A DNA stretch of 20,803 bases. Origin: a virus (lineage: Duplodnaviria > Heunggongvirae > Uroviricota > Caudoviricetes). The position numbers and the translations under genes were made by a program. Shown here in pieces: positions 14,412 to 20,803 of the stretch; position 1 is the stretch's first letter; each line of letters begins with the position of its first letter. The stretch spans positions 1 to 20,803 of the IMG/VR virus record IMGVR_UViG_2579778622_000006. One strand, given 5' to 3'. Below the pieces are notes generated by a model. It had not been told where the DNA came from. It saw only the letters and a program-made list of their open reading frames with translations, and did no database searches.

Positions 14412-15082
14412 TTCGTTCTCCACGTTATATGCGCTGCACCGCGTTGAATTTTGGTTGCAAGAATCCCTCGCCATCCGGCGATTATTGAGTCAATTACGTT
14501 TCCATAAATGCCCCCGCAGGGGCGGTTAGTTTCTCCACAAAACAGAGAAGAACACCTACGGTAGTCACTGCCGGATGGATTGGGTTATGAGCCCATCGTC
14601 CGGTGATGCTCTTCTCTGTTTTGTAAAAAGGGCGGTGCCAGAAAGGACTAAGGAAAAAACTGGTACCGCCAAAGCAATGGCAGTTGTGGTGGGGTTGTCA
14701 CTCAGGCGTATGGTCAACCTGACAACCCGGTGTCCTCAACGGGGAAAGAGTAACCCCGCCATACTTACCGCCGCGCCATTTCGCGGATTACCACAACGCA
14801 GAGAGCACTTAGCCAGTTACGGCACCACACTTTGTCGCGGTTCCATAAATGCCCTCATCGTTGCACCCTGGTCTCTTCCCAGGCGTCAAACCGAATCGCC
14901 ACGCTGGTTAGGCGTCTTATCAGCATCCTCATTGACTTGCACATTCCGGCTACCTGGTTTGTTTGCCCGAGCAAGGAGTGGATTGTCCCCTTTAACGTCT
15001 CCAGACCGCTAACGACGCATGTGCCATACGCCGTGTTACAACCAAATTTTGTTTGAATCTTGCCTGCTTCATGTTTCTTTTG

Positions 15083-15109
15083 GGTACATTATGTATCTCA
15101 AAGGTACAT
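15083..15109. promoter_or_regulatory. candidate left operator (O_L) dyads
   Basis: GGTACAT-t-ATGTATC (15083-15097) overlapping ATGTATC-tcaaa-GGTACAT (15091-15109); same half-site family as the dyads flanking the cI start. Confidence 0.45.
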
Positions 15110-15153
15110 TGTCAAGTATAAAAAAACCTGCCGAAGCAGGTTCATAACATTGA

Positions 15154-15828
15154 TTAGGCTTTGATTTTGTATCTTCTTGGTTTTCCTGAGAAAATTACTG
15201 TACCAATTATAGAGCAATTACCGTTGATCTTAATGTAAGGCTCAGGCCAGTTTGGGTTTAATGCTTTGAGATAACGCTGTGTTCCATCTTCTATCAATCG
15301 CTTGAAGGTGGTTTCGCCTGTATCGTGCATCAACGCAATAACGTCGTCACCGTGGCAAGCAGGGACTTCAGGATCAACAAAAATCATGTCTCCCGGGCGG
15401 TACTCATCAATCATTGAATCACCAATCACCCGCAAGATATAAGTCATTTCGCCACAGGGTACAGGGCAGGGATACGTTTCCGCTGTGCTCAAATCAACCT
15501 CAGAATAACCAACTTCTTTCCATGCTCCGGCCTGTACCCATGATATGACAGGAACTAACGTAATTTGTTTGTTAGTGATTGAAACATCAGGTTTTTTTGT
15601 GATGTTTGTTGTCTGGTGTTCTTGATCAAGCCATCCGACAGGCAGGTCGAAGCATTTTTCGATGTGCCGTGCCATGCTGTCACCGATATTTTTAGTGGCG
15701 CCATCCCCCATAAACCTGCTGGTTTGGGTTGGCTCGCGATCAATCATGGTGGCAAAGGAAGAATTCCCGCCAACACCATCTCTCAGTTTTCTGGCGTTAG
15801 ACCGCCGGATGTCATGGACTGTTTTCAT
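15154..15828 (-). CDS. cI: CI-like prophage repressor with S24 (LexA-type) autopeptidase domain
   Basis: 224 aa. C-terminal S24 signature with catalytic Ser in VIGDSM and Lys in TFKRL; N-terminal HTH-type region; divergent from the cro-like gene across palindromic operators; no strong SD. Confidence 0.85.
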   Translation of the reverse strand: MKTVHDIRRSNARKLRDGVGGNSSFATMIDREPTQTSRFMGDGATKNIGDSMARHIEKCFDLPVGWLDQEHQTTNITKKPDVSITNKQITLVPVISWVQAGAWKEVGYSEVDLSTAETYPCPVPCGEMTYILRVIGDSMIDEYRPGDMIFVDPEVPACHGDDVIALMHDTGETTFKRLIEDGTQRYLKALNPNWPEPYIKINGNCSIIGTVIFSGKPRRYKIKA

Positions 15829-15844
15829 AACGAAATTAAAACCT

Positions 15845-15915
15845 TTGTACCGTTAAGGTACAAGTATCTTGAAGGTTCATTTCAATCATGTAATATGTAT
15901 ACCGGGGGTACATAT
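15845..15915. promoter_or_regulatory. right operator region (O_R) with two palindromes between cI and cro-like starts
   Basis: TTGTACC-gttaa-GGTACAA (15845-15863) and ATATGTATACC-ggg-GGTACATAT (15893-15915). Confidence 0.5.
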
Positions 15916-15918
15916 TGT

Positions 15919-16119
15919 ATGAAAGCGTATTGGAACTCTTTAACCAAAGAACAGCAGGGCGATTTGGCCGGAAAAGTTGGTTCAACACCTGGCTACTTAC
16001 GGCTGGTTTTCAATGGCTATAAAAAAGCCAGCTTTGTACTGGCTAAAAAACTTGAGCAATGCACATCAGGAGCAATTACGAAATCTGACTTAAGACCGGA
16101 TATCTATCCGAAAGATTAG
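15919..16119 (+). CDS. Cro-like HTH regulator (Cro/YdaS-like)
   Basis: 66 aa from the ATG at 15919, immediately after the O_R dyad; HTH-like segment LAGKVGSTPGYLRLVFNGYKKAS; divergent from the repressor. Confidence 0.6.
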   Translation: MKAYWNSLTKEQQGDLAGKVGSTPGYLRLVFNGYKKASFVLAKKLEQCTSGAITKSDLRPDIYPKD

Positions 16120-16150
16120 CAGAAGACCTTCAATTTTTAACCACAGAACG

Positions 16151-16714
16151 ATGAGGCTAACCGTGGGTAAGCATCACTGGAAAGTAAAAAAACAGCCTGA
16201 GTGGTATGTGAAAGCGGTCAGAAAAACTATCGCGGCGTTGCCGGGTGGTTATGCTGAGGCTGCTGACTGGCTGGATGTAACAGAGAACGCATTATTTAAC
16301 CGCCTTCGTGCAGATGGCGATCAGATTTTCCCGCTGGGATGGGCAATGATTTTGCAACGTGCTGGTGGCACTCACTTCATTGCTGACGCTGTGGCGCAGT
16401 CTGCAAATGGCGTCTTTGTGTCTCTTCCTGATATCGAGGATGTGGACAACGCCGATATTAACCAGCGCTTGCTGGAAGTCATTGAACAGATTGGCAGTTA
16501 TTCCAAACAGATTCGTTCGGCAATCGAAGACGGTGTGGTGGAACCGCATGAGAAGACAGCAATTAACGACGAGCTGTACCTGTCAATTTCGAAGCTGCAG
16601 GAGCATGCAGCACTGGTCTACAAAATTTTTTGCGTTTCAGAAAGTAATGACGCCCGCGAGTGTGCAGCTCCGGGCGCCGTGGCGTGTCGTGACTGTGGAG
16701 AAACTAACGCATGA
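16151..16714 (+). CDS. hypothetical early protein (position of a CII-like regulator)
   Basis: 187-aa ORF. The ATG at 16151 lacks an SD; the GTG at 16163 has a GAGG RBS. Stop overlaps the next ORF start (ATGA). Confidence 0.5.
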   Translation: MRLTVGKHHWKVKKQPEWYVKAVRKTIAALPGGYAEAADWLDVTENALFNRLRADGDQIFPLGWAMILQRAGGTHFIADAVAQSANGVFVSLPDIEDVDNADINQRLLEVIEQIGSYSKQIRSAIEDGVVEPHEKTAINDELYLSISKLQEHAALVYKIFCVSESNDARECAAPGAVACRDCGETNA

Positions 16715-17049
16715 ACAGTTTAACAACACACTACCGTCGCTCGCAACTGATTGCGCTTCCTGTACCGGGTGGAAAAGCGAAGGTGGAATATTGCTATGCA
16801 GTGAATGTACCAGGTGACAGGGAAATTGTAACCCACAGCTTTGCAGAGTGGGCTGTGGGTGATTTCAACCGGCAGAAGGAGACAGTCCTTTGCGACAAGT
16901 TAACCGCTGGTTCAAAGATCACTACGGAGTGCCCGTCAGAGTCATTCGTTGGGAGCCGGAAACACAACGGGTTATCTACCTCCGCGAAGGTTATGAGCAT
17001 GAATGCTTCAGTCCGCTCGAACAGTTTCGTCGTAAATTCAGGGAAATAG
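16711..17049 (+). CDS. hypothetical protein; 3' half doubtful (possible frameshift or overlapping small gene)
   Basis: ORF start coupled to the upstream stop; the first 57 aa are protein-like, the rest is Ser-rich, while an alternative frame (16890-17069) is protein-like. Confidence 0.3.
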   Translation: MNSLTTHYRRSQLIALPVPGGKAKVEYCYAVNVPGDREIVTHSFAEWAVGDFNRQKETVLCDKLTAGSKITTECPSESFVGSRKHNGLSTSAKVMSMNASVRSNSFVVNSGK

Positions 17050-17058
17050 AGGTCGGTC

Positions 17059-18000
17059 ATGAGCACTAAATTAACCGGCTATGTATGGGATGGTTGCGCT
17101 GCATCAGGCATGAAGTTATCCAGCGTGGCAATTATGGCCCGCCTGGCTGATTTCAGTAATGACGAAGGTGTGTGCTGGCCATCAATTGAAACCATTGCCC
17201 GCCAGATTGGCGCGGGGATGAGTACCGTCAGAACGGCTATCGCACGGCTGGAAGCAGAAGGCTGGTTAACGCGTAAGGCGCGTCGCCAGGGTAACCGCAA
17301 TGCGTCGAATGTTTATCAGCTTAACGTTGCGAAGCTTCAGGCAGCGGCATTTTCTCAACTGTCAGATTCTGACCCGTCAAAATCTGACGCATCAAAATCT
17401 GACCCGTCAAAATTTGATGCGTCGAAATCTGGCAAAAAAGCGGGTTTTCACCCGTCAGAATCTGGCGGGGATCCGTCAGTAAAATCAAAACATGATCCGT
17501 CAGATAAAAATACTTCTCGTCCGGACGCTTCGCAACCGGACACGCAGACGGCTGAACAGGAGTTTTTAACTCGCCATCCTGATGCGGTTGTATTCAGCCC
17601 TAAAAAGCGCCAGTGGGGAACGCAGGATGATTTGACCTGCGCACAGTGGCTCTGGAAAAAAATCATCGCCCTGTACGAGCAGGCCGCCGAATGTGACGGC
17701 GAGGTGGTTCGTCCCAAAGAACCGAACTGGACAGCCTGGGCAAACGAAATTCGCCTGATGTGTGTGCAGGATGGTCGTACTCACAAACAAATCTGCGAGA
17801 TGTACAGCCGCGTCAGCCGCGATCCGTTCTGGTGCCGTAACGTGCTCAGCCCGTCGAAGTTGCGGGAAAAATGGGATGAGCTTTCCCTGCGCTTATCACC
17901 GTCCGTCAGCACGTACACCGAAAAACGCGAAGACCCGTACTTCAAATCCAGTTACGACAACGTGGACTACAGCCAGATCCCGGCAGGATTCAGGGGGTGA
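17059..18000 (+). CDS. replication initiation protein (lambda O-like; N-terminal HTH origin-binding domain)
   Basis: 313 aa. N-terminal HTH-like domain (VAIMARLADFSNDEGVCWPSIETIARQIGAGMSTVRTAIARLEAEGWL), a repeat-encoded linker and a C-terminal domain; iterons inside the gene. Confidence 0.7.
   Translation: MSTKLTGYVWDGCAASGMKLSSVAIMARLADFSNDEGVCWPSIETIARQIGAGMSTVRTAIARLEAEGWLTRKARRQGNRNASNVYQLNVAKLQAAAFSQLSDSDPSKSDASKSDPSKFDASKSGKKAGFHPSESGGDPSVKSKHDPSDKNTSRPDASQPDTQTAEQEFLTRHPDAVVFSPKKRQWGTQDDLTCAQWLWKKIIALYEQAAECDGEVVRPKEPNWTAWANEIRLMCVQDGRTHKQICEMYSRVSRDPFWCRNVLSPSKLREKWDELSLRLSPSVSTYTEKREDPYFKSSYDNVDYSQIPAGFRG
17361..17465 (+). repeat. iteron array inside the O-like gene (putative prophage ori)
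   Basis: Four tandem 15-bp units TCTGAC(C/G)C(G/A)TCAAAA at 17368-17427, plus degenerate copies to about 17465, followed by an A-rich stretch; encodes SDPSK/SDASK pentapeptide repeats. Confidence 0.5.
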
Positions 18001-18002
18001 TC

Positions 18003-18491
18003 ATGAGTCTTTTGAATGAAGTTCAGAAATTCATTGAAGCCCATCCGGGGTGTACTTCCGGAGACATTGCGGATGCTTTTGCAGGTTACTCACGGCAGCG
18101 CGTTCTGCAGTCAGCAAGCAAGTTACGTCAGAGTGGGCGTGTAGCTCACCGTTGTGAAGGAGATACACGCAGACATTTCCCACGCCTGACTGAGAGAGCG
18201 CAGAAGCCGGAACCACAACCAGTTCGTGAAACCAGACCTGTGCGCAATTTCTATGTCGGCACTAACGATCCCCGGGTGATTTTGTGCCTGACCCGCCAGG
18301 CGGAAGAACTGGAGTCCAGGGGCTTATACCGTCGTGCTGCAACGGTGTGGATGGCGGCATTCCGTGAAAGCCACTCCCAGCCAGAACGAAACAATTTTCT
18401 GGCGCGTCGTGAGCGGTGCTTACGGAAAAGCAGCAAGCGCGCTGCATCGGGTGAAGAGTGGTATCTGTCAGGGAATTACGTGGGGGCTTAA
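18003..18491 (+). CDS. winged-helix plus PerC-like domain protein
   Basis: ATG at 18003 with AGGGGG RBS. N-terminal wHTH-like region; C-terminal AEELESRGLYRRAATVW, the same motif as the satellite PerC-like gene at 3461-3781. Confidence 0.5.
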   Translation: MSLLNEVQKFIEAHPGCTSGDIADAFAGYSRQRVLQSASKLRQSGRVAHRCEGDTRRHFPRLTERAQKPEPQPVRETRPVRNFYVGTNDPRVILCLTRQAEELESRGLYRRAATVWMAAFRESHSQPERNNFLARRERCLRKSSKRAASGEEWYLSGNYVGA

Positions 18492-19144
18492 TGAGTAATA
18501 AATATTGCCAGGCGCTGGTGGAGCTGCGGAACAAACCAGCCCATGAACTGAAGGAAGTGGGCGATCAGTGGCGCACGCCGGATAACATTTTCTGGGGAAT
18601 TAACACCCTGTTTGGCCCGTTTGTTCTGGATCTGTTCACTGATGGTGATAACGCCAAATGTGCCGCTTATTACACTGCGGAAGACAACGCGCTGGCGCAT
18701 GACTGGTCTGAACGTCTTGCGGAGCTTAAAGGTGCTGCCTTTGGTAATCCCCCATACAGCCGCGCCAGTCAGCATGAGGGGCAATACATCACCGGCATGC
18801 GTTACATCATGAAGCATGCCAGTGCCATGCGTGATAAAGGCGGGCGCTATGTTTTCCTGATCAAAGCTGCCACCAGCGAAGTGTGGTGGCCGGAAGATGC
18901 AGATCATATTGCTTTTATTCGCGGGCGTATTGGTTTTGAACTGCCTGTCTGGTTTATCCCGAAAGACGAGAAGCAGGTGCCGACAGGAGCGTTCTTCGCT
19001 GGTGCTATTGCTGTTTTCGACAAGACCTGGAAGGGACCGGCAATCAGCTACATCGGGCGCGATGAACTTGAGGCATGTGGTGAGGCCTTTCTGGCGCAGG
19101 TTCGCCAGCAGGCAGAAAAACTTGTCAGGGAGATGGCGGCATGA
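18491..19144 (+). CDS. phage N6-adenine DNA methyltransferase (Dam-type)
   Basis: 217 aa from the ATG at 18491 (overlaps the upstream TAA); catalytic NPPY motif (GNPPYS). Confidence 0.8.
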   Translation: MSNKYCQALVELRNKPAHELKEVGDQWRTPDNIFWGINTLFGPFVLDLFTDGDNAKCAAYYTAEDNALAHDWSERLAELKGAAFGNPPYSRASQHEGQYITGMRYIMKHASAMRDKGGRYVFLIKAATSEVWWPEDADHIAFIRGRIGFELPVWFIPKDEKQVPTGAFFAGAIAVFDKTWKGPAISYIGRDELEACGEAFLAQVRQQAEKLVREMAA

Positions 19145-19467
19145 CGACGTTAACTCAATGCCAGCAGCAGGTGCTGGATATGCTGATTTCTTACCAGAAA
19201 GAGCGTGGCTTTCCGCCAACCAATCAGGAGGTGGCAACCATGCTGGGATACCGTTCAGTGAATGCAGCAGTGGAGCATCTTCGCGCACTGGAGAAAAAAG
19301 GCGTCATCACGATAAAGCGTGGCGTGGCCCGGGGCATCACGCTTCATACCGCGGTGAAGGACGACGACAGCGAGGCGGTCGGGATTATCCGCTCACTGCT
19401 TGCCGGTGAGGAAAACGCCAGGCTGCGTGCAGCCCACTGGTTACATGAGAGGGGCCTGAAAGTATGA
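19141..19467 (+). CDS. LexA N-terminal DNA-binding-domain-like protein lacking the S24 peptidase domain
   Basis: 108 aa; LTQCQQQVLDMLISYQKERGFPPTNQEVATMLGYRSVNAAVEHLRALEKKGVITIKRGVARGITL aligns residue-for-residue with the recalled E. coli LexA N-terminal domain. No GDSM/K catalytic region. Confidence 0.65.
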   Translation: MTTLTQCQQQVLDMLISYQKERGFPPTNQEVATMLGYRSVNAAVEHLRALEKKGVITIKRGVARGITLHTAVKDDDSEAVGIIRSLLAGEENARLRAAHWLHERGLKV

Positions 19468-19853
19468 AGCTGATTCTGCCGTTTCCGCCCAGCGTGAACA
19501 CGTACTGGCGACACCCCAACAAAGGGGCGTTTGCTGGTAAGAGCCTGATAAGCACGGCGGGACGCAAATTCCAGGGCGCGGCGTGTGCCGCCATCATTGA
19601 GCAGTTACGTCGTCTGCCGAAACCAACGTCGGCACCTGCTTCAGTGGAGATCGTGTTGTTTCCACCGGACAACCGGATCCGCGATCTGGACAACTATAAC
19701 AAGGCACTGTTTGACGCCCTGACCCACGCGGGTGTGTGGGAAGACGACAGTCAGGTGAAAAGGATGCTGGTGGAGTGGGGACCGGTTATCCCGGAAGGGA
19801 AGGTCGAGATCACCATCAGTAAGTACGAGAAAACGGCGGGTGCAGCCGCCTGA
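19464..19853 (+). CDS. rusA: RusA-family Holliday junction resolvase
   Basis: 129 aa; LPFPPSVNTYWRH ... RDLDNYNKALFDALTHAGVWEDDSQV matches RusA (LPWPPSNNRYYRH ... [26 protein letters not shown]). Confidence 0.85.
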   Translation: MKLILPFPPSVNTYWRHPNKGAFAGKSLISTAGRKFQGAACAAIIEQLRRLPKPTSAPASVEIVLFPPDNRIRDLDNYNKALFDALTHAGVWEDDSQVKRMLVEWGPVIPEGKVEITISKYEKTAGAAA

Positions 19854-19872
19854 TCAAGAGGAGAAACGAAGT

Positions 19873-20682
19873 ATGAATAATCTGATGGTCATTGATGGTA
19901 TTGAAGTTCGTCGTGATGCTTATGGGCGTTACAGCCTGAACGATTTGCATCGCGCAGCAGTAGCATCTGGTGCAAATGCCAGAACCAAGGAGCCGGGAAA
20001 GTTTCTTTCCAGCCAACAGACTGTTGAGCTTGTTCATGAATTGACCAACACCCAGAATTTGGGTGTTGACCCGGTGAGTGTGATTCATGGGGGAAATGAA
20101 CGGGGAACGTATGTCTGCAAGGAACTGGTGTATGCCTATGCAATGTGGATCAGCCCGTCATTCCATCTGAAGGTGATCCGTACTTTCGATATGGTAACCA
20201 GCGCACCGGAAAAATTATCCGGGCAGGCTGCTGACAAGATGCAGGCTGGAGTGATTCTGCTGGACTTTATGCGCAGGGAGTTAAACCTGTCTAACTCTTC
20301 AGTGCTTGGGGCCTGTCAGAAACTCCAGGAGGCTGTTGGCTTACCGAATCTGGCACCGCGCTATGCCATTGATGCTCCTGCTGATGCACACGATGGCTCA
20401 AGTCGCCCGACACTGTCACTGAGTGCATTGCTGAAACAGTATGGTATCCGCCTGACGGCTAATCAGGCATATCACCAGATGGCGAAGCTGGGGATCGTCG
20501 AACAGCGCGAACGATACAGCCGTACCGCGATTAACAACATTAAAAAATTCTGGTCGCTGACGGCGAAAGGCTGCATGTTCGGCAAGAACATCACCAGTCC
20601 CGCAAATCCGCGCGAGACGCAGCCGCATTTCTTCGAATCCCGGTTCCCTGAGCTGTTAAAGCTGCTCGATACCGTTCATTGA
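19873..20682 (+). CDS. KilA-N domain protein (antirepressor-like)
   Basis: 269 aa from the ATG at 19873 (AGAGGAGAAA RBS); N-terminal KilA-N signature (GTYVCKELVYAYAMWISPSFHLKVI). Confidence 0.7.
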   Translation: MNNLMVIDGIEVRRDAYGRYSLNDLHRAAVASGANARTKEPGKFLSSQQTVELVHELTNTQNLGVDPVSVIHGGNERGTYVCKELVYAYAMWISPSFHLKVIRTFDMVTSAPEKLSGQAADKMQAGVILLDFMRRELNLSNSSVLGACQKLQEAVGLPNLAPRYAIDAPADAHDGSSRPTLSLSALLKQYGIRLTANQAYHQMAKLGIVEQRERYSRTAINNIKKFWSLTAKGCMFGKNITSPANPRETQPHFFESRFPELLKLLDTVH

Positions 20683-20689
20683 GGTGACC

Positions 20690-20803
20690 GTGAGAGCACT
20701 ACTGCCCCCTGAAATTGCCCCGCGTATGGGGATCGTATTGTTCAGACCAGGTTCAGAGCTGATGCCCCTGTTTATGCAGGGGCGTGTCCTGCTGGAGCCT
20801 GAG
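20690..20803 (+). CDS. partial CDS (5' end only), unknown function, continues past window end
   Basis: Open frame from GTG 20684/20690 to the window edge; protein-like (ALLPPEIAPRMGIVLFRPGSELMPLF). Confidence 0.3.
   Translation, partial: MRALLPPEIAPRMGIVLFRPGSELMPLFMQGRVLLEPE

Larger units (their letters stand above)
10721..20803 (+). mobile_element. lambdoid prophage, integrase-proximal and immunity/replication arm (partial)
   Basis: int-xis, CI-like repressor and Cro-like gene flanking palindromic operators, O-like initiator with iterons, Dam, RusA, KilA-N in canonical lambdoid order. Confidence 0.65.

Noticed and set aside
14575-15056. Plus-strand ORFs of 145 and 74 aa in the non-coding region
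   Set aside because: Arg/Ser/Pro-rich composition, no RBS, and the region is more consistent with a structured RNA leader.
15616-16119. 167-aa version of the Cro-like ORF
   Set aside because: The long N-terminal extension runs antisense through the CI-like repressor gene and the operators; the ATG at 15919 directly after the operator dyad is the credible start.
18488-19288. 266-aa minus-strand ORF
   Set aside because: Antisense to the Dam-type methyltransferase and LexA-DBD genes; biased composition.
19816-20143. Minus-strand ORFs of 90 and 84 aa
   Set aside because: Antisense to the KilA-N gene; His/Cys-rich composition.
1-20803. CRISPR array, rRNA, insertion-sequence transposase
   Set aside because: No regularly spaced 25-40-bp direct repeats with unique spacers, no rRNA-like conserved blocks, and no transposase-like ORF or terminal inverted repeats were seen; the short repeats present are iterons, operators or arm-type sites.

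Overview
This window looks like an enterobacterial mobile-element junction: two horizontally acquired elements lie head-to-tail around a 49-nt tRNA-Pro 3'-end remnant (10672-10720, minus strand). LEFT (about 258-10720, almost all minus strand) is a P4/PICI-like phage satellite: P4-type tyrosine integrase next to the tRNA remnant, AlpA, an RHH protein, a RecA-fold replication helicase with an iteron array immediately 3' of it, SSB, a PerC-like protein, a ProQ/FinO-domain protein, and a lambda-type cos site. Unusually it also carries its own lambda gpE-like major capsid and gpD-like decoration genes, but no portal, protease, scaffold or terminase in the window. RIGHT (10721 to the window end) is the integrase-proximal arm of a lambdoid prophage: an AT-rich 283-aa cargo gene, lambda-family int and xis, an HD-domain hydrolase, an approximately 600-bp ORF-free structured leader, a CI-like S24 repressor flanked by palindromic operators, a Cro-like protein, an O-like initiator with iterons inside the gene, a Dam-type methyltransferase, a LexA-DNA-binding-domain-only protein, RusA and a KilA-N protein. 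I found no rRNA, no CRISPR array and no intact tRNA. All protein identifications are from motif recognition and recalled reference sequences, not database searches; start codons were chosen by RBS inspection. CDS coordinates include the stop codon.
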